Origin: Euglena gracilis
Lineage: Eukaryota
DNA: 64,000 nucleotides
Reading direction: 5' to 3'
Assembly (NCBI GenBank): GCA_039621445.1
Contig: CP154954.1
Span: 45,797,847 to 45,861,846 of the forward strand
Shown: one piece after another, positions 9,889 to 20,072 of the stretch
Layout: each line of letters starts with the position of its first letter
How positions within the stretch are numbered: position 1 is the first letter of the stretch
The notes under the pieces: generated by a model
What the model was told of the DNA's origin: nothing
Seen by the model: only the letters and a program-made list of their open reading frames with translations
Database searches by the model: none
Translations under genes and position numbers: made by a program

Positions 9889-12800
9889 GGAATGTCCGAA
9901 TTCGCGGTGCCGAGGAAGCTCGGTAGCCCCAGGGATACCCTGGCGGTTTCCGCAGTCATCGAGAGTGCAGGTCAGCATCCTAAATCAGCCGAATTCTGTT
10001 CGCGGATTACCCGCGAATTCCACGGTGTGCTGGAAAATCCAGTATACGCGTGCGACATCGACCCCGCGATACGCGGTCCGTTCGGTGTTTGTAAGATCGA
10101 GCTTAAGGATGGAGCAAAGCCAATGCACAGGAAATTTTTTCGTTGTTCGGGAGAACGCGAACAAGCTCTCAATGAAATGATTGAGAAGCTTATTCAGCGC
10201 AAGTGGATTGTACCCTCGAAAAGCGAGTGGACATCCCAGGCATTTGTTGTTCCTAAACCCCCAGACCCCTCAGGTCAGAAGAAATGGAGGCTGGTGCTGG
10301 ATTACCGGTACCTGAACTCCCAAACAAGGGATGATCCCTTCCCGCTCCCCCTGATCGAGGATTTGATCACCAAACAATCGGAAAACCGGTTGTGGTCAAT
10401 TTTCGATCTGGAGGACGGTTTTCACCAAATGCACTTACACCCTGACTCCCAACCATACACGGCATTCGTGACATCCAAGGGTGTGTACCAATGGACGGTA
10501 CTCCCCATGGGTGTTAAGAATGGCCCAGCCATGTTTCAGCGCATGATTCAATGGGTTCTACGCGATTAACCGTTTGCCATTGTGTACATTGATGATGTGC
10601 TGGTGGGAACACCACCACCATCCGCACAATCGAGCGAGGATATCCTCGTCACACACTTCCACCATGTTTGTGCGGTATTAACCGCTTTTCAAAAACATGT
10701 GCTTTTCGCGAAAGGCGCGAAAATGCATTTGTTTCGGATACTTATAAAATTTTGCGGTCACATCCTCAGCAATGGACAGCGGAAAGCCGCTCCGAGTAAA
10801 CTCGAAGCCATTAAGAAATGGACCCCTGAGGTAATCAAAACGATTACTCACCTCAAAGGATTCTTGGGATTAGCCCAATACTACGCGATTTATATGAAGG
10901 ACTTCGCGAAAATCGCGGTGCCCCTCACCAAGCAGCTCAAAAACCGGGCTGTTGACAACACCAAAGTCATTTGGGATGACCAAATGCGCGAGGCCCTTGA
11001 GAAAATCAAGGTTTTGCTTTTGGAGAATGTTGTCCTCGAAATCGCGGACCCGTACAAACCATACGTGTTGGAAGTCGACAGCAGCGATTACGCTGTTGGC
11101 GGAGTTCTTAGCCAGCATAATGCGGCGAATGAGCTCCGACCTGTGGCTTTCTTCAGCAGAAAGTTACAGGGCGACGATGGAAAAGGTCAAGTCAAATGGA
11201 GTATACGCGAGAAGGAAACCTACGCAATCGTGCTTATACTCCAGAAATTCCGAAGCTGGGTAGCCAGCAGCCTCGTCCAGATCCTCGTCAAGACCGACCA
11301 TGAGAGTCTCCAACACTGGTACACCGAGGATTTGAACAAGGCCATGTCATCGGTCGGAAGGCGATGCAGATGGCATGAGTTCTTGAGTCAATTCAACCTT
11401 GTGGTTATCTATACCCCTGGTCACACACAAAAAGTAGCGGATCCGCTCAGTCGGGCCCCTTGGTATTACCCTGGGAACCCGGATGAGGGAGACGCGACTT
11501 TTCATGGAAGTCAGGAAGCTGACGACTACGCACGTCGAAACGACGCTGCGGATAATCTTTTGGATTCTTTTCCCGTTTCACAACTATTCCTGGTCGCACC
11601 AGTGCGAGGAAGGCGCCGACGTGGAAGCACGTCCGGGCCCCGGCGTATTACGCGCACGGAGTCCCCTTCTCCACTGTTCTTTCGCGAATGGGATTATAGT
11701 CGTGATCCGGTGTATGACACCATTGTCACCAGACTTCGTAATGGCGAAGTGCTGGACAATTACACTCTTTCACCTTTACGGTTGGTTTTTCGCAATGAAT
11801 CGGGTTACAAATATTGTATCCCCCAGGACCTGGTTGATGATGTGATTTTGTGTTATCACAACCATGGTCACCCTGGGGCCCCCAAACTTCTTTCGTTGGT
11901 GGGCCGCAGGTACTGTACAACCCTGAGCGAGAAAGAGCTTTACTCACGCTGTTTGCGAATAGCGCAACGGTGTCAAATTTGTCAAGCGGTAAAACCCCGC
12001 AGAGGTACCCCCCCTGGTACGATGGATTTTTTTCCCGTACCCCCTGACATTTTTACATCCCTCTGCATGGATTTTCTGGAATTGGAACCGTGCAAAGGAA
12101 CAGACGACAAAATTTACGATTACGTTTTTGTTGTCGTCTGCAGGCTGAGTGGGTACATTGTAGCCATTCCATGCCAGAAGTCAGGGTTGACTGCCCAAAG
12201 TTTGGCAACTATATTTTTGGAGAAATGTATTTGCTTGATGGGTTTACCGAATGAAATCGTGAGTGATCAAGACCATTTGATTTCTTCAAGGTTTTTCACC
12301 ACTTTGTGCGGTTTACTCGGAATCGAGCAACATTTTTCCATTATATACCGACCCAAAGGCAATGGTAGAGCCGAGGCAGCCGTGAAATCCGTCGTGAATA
12401 TGCTTCGCCTTTCACTGGCTGACTCGCGCAGCAACTGGATATCAGTTCTACCATGGTCTTTGTTTTATATCAATACCCTACCAGGGTTGGTTTTACCTCA
12501 CTCCCCCTATAAATTAGTTTTCGGACGGGACCCTCCGGCCATAGGGGATGTCCCTTCGGAGAGACCCGCCCGAACGAGTGTCAGTTGCGAGACCTGGTTT
12601 GCGGAAGTAGAAAATCTACGTTCTGCAGTCCAGAAGCGCGTCACTGATATTCATGCAGCAAAACGGAAATCGTTTTTGCAGAATTTCAAGTCACCTGTTT
12701 ACAGCCCCGGTGACCGCGTGTGGGTACGGAATAGCCGTACTCGCATGCAGTCTTCCAAGCTGGACCCCCTCTGGCTCGGCCCCTGTGAAATCCTAGAAAG

Positions 12801-12954
12801 ACTAGGTACCAGCGGGCGTTACAAGGTTGCATTACCGAATGGTGTTGAGGACGTTCATATGGACGACTTCAAACCATACCTGTCGCCACCGGATGGGAAA
12901 CCCATCCCGTGTTTGCACTTCAAACCCCGTTCCAGATTACCTGAGACGGACGAC

Positions 12955-13120
12955 TTTGTAGTCGATAAAATTATCGATCACAAAATCGACAAAGGTATGC
13001 ACCTTTGGAAGGTCCGCTGGAAAGGGTATGGGCCCGAGGAGGACACTTGGGAGCCAGCAACCAGTTTTGTTGGGTATGTCCAGCAAGATTGGAAGCTGTG
13101 GAACAAGAAACATAACATTG
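12955..13120 (+). other. Chromodomain at the integrase C-terminus
   Basis: [34 protein letters not shown] with canonical aromatic-cage residues F/W/Y; also present in A (about 24020-24190, minus). Confidence 0.92.
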
Positions 13121-13305
13121 ATGTTTCCATGACAAGTTTTTGAGAACGCATGGGAAACCCATGTTGTTTTCTCTTCTTTTTATCATTGATTCTTATCATT
13201 CTTTCTTTCCGCAGACTTTTTACCAAATAATACTCAAGCGGTTACCCTCACACACCTTACAACCAACAACCCAAACATCCCACCGTACCGACCCCGGGCT
13301 GTATC

Positions 13306-16300
13306 ATGCTGCCCGGCGGAAGGGAGCCAGGCGGAGGACCGCCTTACCACCCCACCACTCACCCTCAACCTGACCAGTATGCGTACCGATACGGTACGCA
13401 GCCACCTGCACGGACTGCGGCTCAGGGAAACCCTGAAGCCAGCAGCAGTAGCAGGATGACCCAGATGCCCGCGGAAGCGCGGCCATCTCAGCCATCAGGC
13501 TCTCGTCGCCTCCCACCGTATGCGGGTGTGATGATCCACCGCACGGCGGAGACGATGAACCGGGTTATGCGTATGAGCGCAAACCCGGCACCAGACCAAC
13601 TCACACAGGCATTGTGGGATGACCACTGCCGTAAAGTTTTGACCATCGCGAATACCCCTCCAGCCCTGTGGTGTATGTGCGCCCAGGCGACGATGACCGG
13701 TCTGGTGTATTACACCGACCCGGACGCGTCGGGTTTCGCGGCAGACATTACCATGCGTGACCTGGGCGTGGAAGTCCCGCCACAGGTCGCCAGGCAGGTA
13801 CCACCTGTTGGCACTTACACTGCACATTTTCGTGCTCACTCCCCCGGATTACCCGAGGAAGAGACGGTGGAAGCACCTGTCCGGAGTGAACACCCACGTG
13901 TAAAAGAAAGCATTTTTCGATCCCCTGAGCGCGTGCCCCGGCGGGATTATCCTGCGCAGGAGCCTGTGTCTCAGTATACCGTCTCTGGGGATTACCCCCA
14001 GCAGGCGCCAATGCCACGGGATCAGTACGTATATCCACCTCAACCCCACCCAACCATACCTGACCCTATCCCACGACGTCCTGCGGAGGGAAATCCTCCC
14101 CCGACGTCTGACTCTGCCCGAAGCGCTCGTCCGCGGGAAGCCGCGACAGCGCCTCGTGCGGCACCAGTTCCCCCGGCACGGGATGAACCCGTTAACCCGT
14201 GGACTGGTCGGCCGTTCGAGACTGAGGAGGACCGTCAACAGTATGAATATGCTGTGACGATCCAACGACAAATCGCACGTCGCCCCCCTGTTTCCGCTGG
14301 CCAGGGATACCCTGCCCGGGCGGAAATGACACGGGAAGAGCGCCAGCAGTATGATGCTGCTGTGTCGGCTCTCACAGGAGTCCCAGCTCCATCACGGTCA
14401 AGTCAACCAGCGCAACAGCGGGACGTGGCTGTGGCGGAAGCGCCACCAGCACGACCCACAAGCTCTGCCGCCGGCAAACGTGACCGCGGCCCGGAAAATC
14501 TGACGCCGCAGCCACAACGCCGCTCGCCGAGGTCGGAAAATCCGCCCGCGGCGATGCGCGTCGACGCTGAGGAGGAAGCTCCGCCAGCGCCCGACGTGAC
14601 GGCAGAACGGGCACGTCGGGAAACCCGACCATCCCCAGTCGCACCGGTTTACTCGAATCGTGGTGATGCTGAGCAGGAATTTGCTCGAACACCAAGCACG
14701 GAATCCGTGACTTATCCTGTGTATACAGAAGAAGACCCAGAATACTGGGAATATTGGGACCCATATCGGGCGACGATAGAATGGCTGTCCAACACGAAGG
14801 GCAAGGGTAAAGGAAAAGGCAAGGGTAAGGGTAAAGGTAAAGGCCAGGAGAAAGGTGGGAAAGCCCCATCTGGGAAAGGCGGAAAACCCGCTGGACCACC
14901 TCCAGGCAAAGGCGGAAAATCTGCCGGACCCCCAGCAGGAAAAGGCGGAAAAGCCGCCGAACCTTCGAAAACGAAGGATTACGACGCTGACCAGCTGTTC
15001 GATTACTTGGATGAAATCTGGCCGAAAATCGACCAGGATCTCGAAAAGTACACGCGTGCTGGCAACGTGATCCACCGACCACCGGAAGCGGTGCTCGCAG
15101 TGGTGCAGGATCGTATGCACGATCACTGCAAACGATTCATCTACAGTACCGAACTTCATCCGTTTGAGGGATACCCTCATTCGGATGAAATGGTCCTGGA
15201 CCAGATGTCTGGTTTCTGGGAACTCTGGTTCTGGTTGGGATATCCCTGCCAGAACTTTGGCATTTTCACCGACCGAAACGGTCTGACATACATCGATTGT
15301 TTGAACACATGTGAAGACGATGAAACATTCGTAGCACAGTTGAAGGAAATCTTCAACCACATGTATTCCGTCAGCGCACTGGGAATCCAGTGGAAATATT
15401 ACCCCCTGCCGGAGAAACTCCAGGCGCAGGCTGCGGTAATGTTCACAAACAACCTCCAAGTATTCTTGGACAGCATGTATGGCATGCTGTTCAAGGTACT
15501 GGACGTGGACCTCGCCTACCCTCAACGATACAAACTGGAATGCCGGTTTTGCAAGGAAGTCCACATTGTTGACTTCTGGGGTTTTGGGGAGCGCGGAAAA
15601 CCGCCTCCGACTGCCGAGAATGCCGGCAGCCCACCGACCAGGAGATTCCTCCTGCACCAGTGCCGGAAACCCCAGATCGGAACGCAAGACCGGAAGGTGC
15701 TGAAACAGCACCGGCAGAAAATATTTCTGCTCCAACAATACTGGCACAGGGCGTGGATTACCTACGTCCTGGAAGTATATATATATTTCCTGGAACAGAT
15801 GACCACCGATGTGGATATCCACAGGAAGTGGATACCTCGGGGATACACCGAGGTAGATGCCAGACCGTATGATCCAGACCGACGCAGGATAAACCTGCGG
15901 CCGGACTGGACGGGGGCAGAAATCGGCCTCCGGGAACACCTGCAGAGCCAGTTCGGGGAAATCCTGGACTGGCAGGAGTTCGAAGTGTTCTTCGCTCCCC
16001 GCGAGCTAACCCAACCTCGCTACGCAGTACCACTGCCAGCTTTCCTGGAAGAAACGGGAGAGTACGGTATGGGTGAGACTCGTCGATCGCAGTGGGAAGA
16101 CCTCTGCCTGATCAACGAGGATGAGCCTCAACCTCCACCCGGAAGCTGGGTGCGAGCGTCGTGGCCACCTCCATACCCCAACTCTGACAGGAGTGAAAGT
16201 ATTAGCTTTTTCCGCCTGTCAAATGCCCAAGGGTGCTACAGAAGCAGGGAAGACCCGCGTTCTGCAGCCCAACTACACACAGAGGAGTCCCCTCTGGAAG

Positions 16301-18750
16301 CGGAGGAGACAGGAGAAGCGGTCCCAAGGGCCGAGGATGAACCTCTGCCTGCGGAACCCCCGGCACGGGAAACCCGTAGCCCGTCGGTCGTGATGCTGGA
16401 CACTGTGGCGGAAACCGCCCAGCGCCCAGGATCACCGAGAGGTGAACTGACGCCTGTCCCACTGTCACCATCCTCGCTGGGTACGCCTGGCGGACCGACC
16501 CCTCCGCGGGAAAACCCGCCGGAGACGGTAACCCCTACGCCTGAGGTATTACGCCTCAAGCTTCCTGTCCCCGGGGAAATCCCGACGACAGAGGAGCCAG
16601 TGGAGGAACCCACTTCAGGGGAAGGACCTGAACGGCGCCCCTCACTGGGCGGACGTGTACTCGGCGGTTTGCGATCACTGATCGCAGTTGTCACACCACG
16701 TGGCACTGCGGCTAGTTCTTCCACTGCTGTGGCGGAAACGGCCCAGCCAGCGGACGAAACAACTGAAGCTGCAGCCATGGAGGAGGATGAACTTCCCCCA
16801 ATAGCCGCGCCACCGTCGGTGTCGGAAACGACACGGACGGAGGGCGAACCAACGGCAATGTCAGTGGTGACAACGCTACCCGTGCCAGTGCAGGATGAAC
16901 CTGCATCAGCACCGGTAGCGACATCAGAGGCACGGGATGAGCCCGTAGCTCCACACACATCGGCCACTGCACCGAAGCGTGCGGACACACGGACACCGGC
17001 ACCTGAAAAACAGGCTGCACGGACATCCATGCCCCCACCACAAACTCAGCCAACGCGGAGTGCAGCGGCGACGCCCACACCCACACCGTCCCCCAAGGCT
17101 GCTCCTGGGAAACCCACGAGCGCAGCGAAAGAACGCGTAGGGCGACCCTCAGCTCGGGAAACCCCTGCTGAAGGTCAACGACGCTCGGTGTCGGGGAAAA
17201 GACCCCCGGCCCAGCCGTCACCACGCACCTGGTCAAGCAAGCGTGACGCCGAACGGCGACCCTCGGATGCTCCGGAAAGCGGAAGTCCGAAGGCCCCGGC
17301 CAAATCAAAACCCGGTGCCGCGCCTTGCAAACCCTCACCTAAGACAGGTGATCAGCCCCCACCGAAAGGCGGTGGTGGTACTGGAGGCCAGGGTGCATCT
17401 TCTTCTCGAGGATCATCCTCGGGAGGAGGATTCACACAGGTCACATCATCCGGCTATGGAAAAACCTCACAGCCAAAACCACCTACGAAGGGGCAGGGAA
17501 AATCCCGCGCCTCTACAATTACGACACCTTCGGAAGGCGAAGTTGTCATCGACTGGAATGCGATGACTCAGGATGATCCTGAGACTCATGACCTGAAAAA
17601 CAGGTACATGATGATCGAACACAAGCTGCGAACAGACCAATGTCTTAATCGGTGGATTGAACCACTGTTCTGTCAAGGACGGAAATGGTCCTTTGACCAG
17701 AATGTCACCTGGAATTATTACAATTCCAGATCACCACGTGTTTTGGCCCAATACTTTGGCGAGGAATTCCTCGTCGACAGAACATCGGAAAACCGATTTG
17801 TGTGGCTTTGCACTGTTTGCCACAGGATGTACAACAGTGCCCCTGACTTGGGATTACCCCTCGTCCATGTGTGCAACCCTGTGGAGCGGAAATCGTTCCA
17901 CAAGGATATGTACATCCCCAACTGTGCCGCCTTGGTATGCGCCAAGTGCGTGGACAGTTGGACCCACAAGCACAATTTTAGCTACACGGACCGAGATGGT
18001 ACGAATGTACCAGTACTCTGCGTCAACTGCCTGCGAGGTACCTTCTGGCACACTGCGGAAGGCGCAGTTCGCACAATCGTGCCGAGTGCCGAGAAGCCAC
18101 TGGAGGAATACTCCACCTTGAACAAAAAGTTCAAGGACTTCTTCAAGTATGCCAACCTCAAGCTGGACGACTACCGCCACACGGGAATGGCCCGTGGGTG
18201 GCAGATCGACAGTGGGGCGATACGCCTCGCTGCTGAGGAGGCAGGGGTAAGATTACCTTACCTCTGGGAGACAGCAGACAGGGAAAAGATACTTTTCCGC
18301 CTGTTCACAACCCAGGACCGAAACGGTCGCTGGTGCCTACCACAATGGCCGCCCGAAAAACACGGGATGACCTGGAAGGACTGGCTAGGGGCCGTATTGC
18401 GACCCCATACCGTCCGGGCGGAATGCGCCTATCACGTTCCCATTGACTTCCACCCGGGGAATGCCCCGCAGGTGTCAGCCAACCACCCTCGGAGAAACTA
18501 CTTCATCTGGCCAGCGACTTTGCCCAGGAAATTCTGGGAGAAGCTGCAGTGGTTTCTCGCGGAAAGAGCGAGTGCCACCAAGCAGACAGTACCCGAAGGA
18601 TGGGTTCGGGACTGGATCGCACCTGATTTCGACTATGACTCGCCAGAAACCTGGCTTGTCGACAGGCCACAGCCACCACAATTCCAGATGGTCCTTGTGG
18701 AAGATCCCTTGGACTCCCGCCATGACTATTGGCGGCTGGAGCGGATGTAA
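13306..18750 (+). CDS. ORF3 of element B: 1,814-aa protein of unknown function (Pro-rich disordered linkers, GK repeats, two Cys/His-rich globular modules)
   Basis: Uninterrupted 5.4-kb ORF between pol and the PPT; homolog in A shares the start (MLPG) and conserved blocks (PPYAG.MI.RT.ET, GFWELWFWLGYPCQN, LAYPQRY.L.C..C, RSPRVLAQYFGE). Confidence 0.92.
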   Translation: MLPGGREPGGGPPYHPTTHPQPDQYAYRYGTQPPARTAAQGNPEASSSSRMTQMPAEARPSQPSGSRRLPPYAGVMIHRTAETMNRVMRMSANPAPDQLTQALWDDHCRKVLTIANTPPALWCMCAQATMTGLVYYTDPDASGFAADITMRDLGVEVPPQVARQVPPVGTYTAHFRAHSPGLPEEETVEAPVRSEHPRVKESIFRSPERVPRRDYPAQEPVSQYTVSGDYPQQAPMPRDQYVYPPQPHPTIPDPIPRRPAEGNPPPTSDSARSARPREAATAPRAAPVPPARDEPVNPWTGRPFETEEDRQQYEYAVTIQRQIARRPPVSAGQGYPARAEMTREERQQYDAAVSALTGVPAPSRSSQPAQQRDVAVAEAPPARPTSSAAGKRDRGPENLTPQPQRRSPRSENPPAAMRVDAEEEAPPAPDVTAERARRETRPSPVAPVYSNRGDAEQEFARTPSTESVTYPVYTEEDPEYWEYWDPYRATIEWLSNTKGKGKGKGKGKGKGKGQEKGGKAPSGKGGKPAGPPPGKGGKSAGPPAGKGGKAAEPSKTKDYDADQLFDYLDEIWPKIDQDLEKYTRAGNVIHRPPEAVLAVVQDRMHDHCKRFIYSTELHPFEGYPHSDEMVLDQMSGFWELWFWLGYPCQNFGIFTDRNGLTYIDCLNTCEDDETFVAQLKEIFNHMYSVSALGIQWKYYPLPEKLQAQAAVMFTNNLQVFLDSMYGMLFKVLDVDLAYPQRYKLECRFCKEVHIVDFWGFGERGKPPPTAENAGSPPTRRFLLHQCRKPQIGTQDRKVLKQHRQKIFLLQQYWHRAWITYVLEVYIYFLEQMTTDVDIHRKWIPRGYTEVDARPYDPDRRRINLRPDWTGAEIGLREHLQSQFGEILDWQEFEVFFAPRELTQPRYAVPLPAFLEETGEYGMGETRRSQWEDLCLINEDEPQPPPGSWVRASWPPPYPNSDRSESISFFRLSNAQGCYRSREDPRSAAQLHTEESPLEAEETGEAVPRAEDEPLPAEPPARETRSPSVVMLDTVAETAQRPGSPRGELTPVPLSPSSLGTPGGPTPPRENPPETVTPTPEVLRLKLPVPGEIPTTEEPVEEPTSGEGPERRPSLGGRVLGGLRSLIAVVTPRGTAASSSTAVAETAQPADETTEAAAMEEDELPPIAAPPSVSETTRTEGEPTAMSVVTTLPVPVQDEPASAPVATSEARDEPVAPHTSATAPKRADTRTPAPEKQAARTSMPPPQTQPTRSAAATPTPTPSPKAAPGKPTSAAKERVGRPSARETPAEGQRRSVSGKRPPAQPSPRTWSSKRDAERRPSDAPESGSPKAPAKSKPGAAPCKPSPKTGDQPPPKGGGGTGGQGASSSRGSSSGGGFTQVTSSGYGKTSQPKPPTKGQGKSRASTITTPSEGEVVIDWNAMTQDDPETHDLKNRYMMIEHKLRTDQCLNRWIEPLFCQGRKWSFDQNVTWNYYNSRSPRVLAQYFGEEFLVDRTSENRFVWLCTVCHRMYNSAPDLGLPLVHVCNPVERKSFHKDMYIPNCAALVCAKCVDSWTHKHNFSYTDRDGTNVPVLCVNCLRGTFWHTAEGAVRTIVPSAEKPLEEYSTLNKKFKDFFKYANLKLDDYRHTGMARGWQIDSGAIRLAAEEAGVRLPYLWETADREKILFRLFTTQDRNGRWCLPQWPPEKHGMTWKDWLGAVLRPHTVRAECAYHVPIDFHPGNAPQVSANHPRRNYFIWPATLPRKFWEKLQWFLAERASATKQTVPEGWVRDWIAPDFDYDSPETWLVDRPQPPQFQMVLVEDPLDSRHDYWRLERM

Positions 18751-19627
18751 TGCCGAAACGGCATTACCAAGCCCATGTAAGGTAAGCGCCTTCATGGAGC
18801 TCATACACTATATATATATATACACTGGAAGCGGAAATCGCTAAACAGCCCTGGGATGAACCTGGGTCTGTGTCCCTCAGCGCTATGGATGGAAGCATCC
18901 AAGAGCCCCCCCCCCCCCAACCCATTATACCAGTGACCATGCGGACGGAAACCGTCTGCGGGAGGTAATTGCCTCTTATTGCGTCGTGAAGGAGCTACTG
19001 CTGTGAAGACCTTGGCAGCCGGGAAACCTGGCAAGCCGCTAAGTGACGCACAGCACACAGCGCGCACGCCGTAATAATAGGCCAACTTGTCACTTTTCGG
19101 CCCTAAGGCCCTTAAGGCTGCCAGACAGCAAAAATTCTGTTCTGGCCTAAGCCAGCCCCCCTCTCCTCCCTACTTTCCCCCCACCCCCGCAAAGCTGTCG
19201 CCGGCAGTCGGTTTTGTAAGTAGGCTTTTGTTTCCTAGTGCGGATATGACCGCCTAGGAGCCTTATCCGGGTATGACCAGGATAAGAGCCTGCCCCCCCC
19301 CTTCCACACCTCTCCCTTGGGTTTTCAGCGAATCGCTTGACCAACCCCGCGTGCCTTTGGCACACCCAAACTGGGTGGATGGGACACTTTGTCAGGAAAC
19401 CTGCCAAGCCCCGTTTCCCACAGTGGGCTTCTTCACACCCCACCTAAGCCGAAACGGCTAATAGGTAACCGCGAAACGCGGCTAACCTTTTGCGCGTTTT
19501 TGGGCTTTGGGTGGATGCCACTGTGCGGAAAGGAGAGACACCGAATGGAGAAGTGAACCCCACCTGGGGCAGCGTCAGATATCCTGACTGGACTGGGAAA
19601 CCCTGGTCCATGAAGGAAATCGGGCGT

Positions 19628-19643
19628 AGCCCTGGGAGGGGGA
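19628..19643 (+). promoter_or_regulatory. Polypurine tract of element B
   Basis: AGCCCTGGGAGGGGGA directly before the 3' LTR. Confidence 0.88.
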
Positions 19644-20072
19644 TGTGTACCAGGCACGTCCCAGCTCTGTAGGATATCTGCAGAGTGGGTTCTGTGACGG
19701 TCGCACCACTGTGGAAACCCACAGCTGGTAAGATCGTGGCAGACCCTTCTGGGATCTGCCCCTGGACACGTCAGCACTTTTCTCTCCTTCCCCCACAGGT
19801 GGTATTCTTTACTCTCACAATCTCCAAGTTTCACCTTTGGATTTGTCAGAGGGAAAAACCCTCAGAACAATCAACTTTGATCTCAGAAGAAAACTTCTGA
19901 ATCTTTGCTTTGTGCTTTGCCTCTTGGGGAATTGGGAAGAAAAGGGGAAAACCACTTTTCGTTACTCCAAAGACTTTTCCCTACCATAAGTAGGCTGCGC
20001 ACCAAGGCGAAAGCGAAAGGCTTTTACAGAAAGTCCCAAAAAGGGAAAAAGGGAAAGCTTTGGACGTACACT
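19644..20072 (+). repeat. 3' LTR of element B
   Basis: Direct repeat of 3115-3543 (3 substitutions by eye). Confidence 0.96.

Larger units (their letters stand above)
8044..13143 (+). pseudogene. pol: Pol of element B: protease, MTase-like domain, RT, RNase H, integrase, chromodomain (frameshifts near 8172 and 9241-9275; in-frame TAA at 10567)
   Basis: PR ILIDTGC (D at 8346); RT WRLVLDYR, DLEDGFHQ, LPMGVKNGPA, YIDD (10585); RNase H EVDSSDYAVGGVL, KETYA, TDH, ADPLSR; IN HHCC, MDF, SDQD, GRAE and WLGPC. Confidence 0.93.
3115..20072 (+). mobile_element. Full-length Ty3/Gypsy chromovirus-type LTR retrotransposon, element B (~17 kb)
   Basis: 429-bp LTRs with 3 substitutions; TSD CAAGG (3110-3114) / CAGGG (20073-20077); PBS; PPT; domain order gag-PR-(MTase-like)-RT-RNaseH-IN-chromodomain-ORF3. 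Confidence 0.96.

Noticed and set aside
10567-10569. Second readthrough stop within RT
   Set aside because: TAA sits in the RT core just before YIDD, plausibly TTA>TAA; no structure or second copy supports recoding
14398-15939. 513-aa antisense ORF and other long overlapping ORFs in the elements
   Set aside because: Shadow frames of GC-rich coding sequence; not conserved as a full ORF between A and B
3115-20072. DIRS element (because of the MT domain)
   Set aside because: It has a DDE integrase, protease, direct LTRs, PBS/PPT and a TSD, and no tyrosine recombinase
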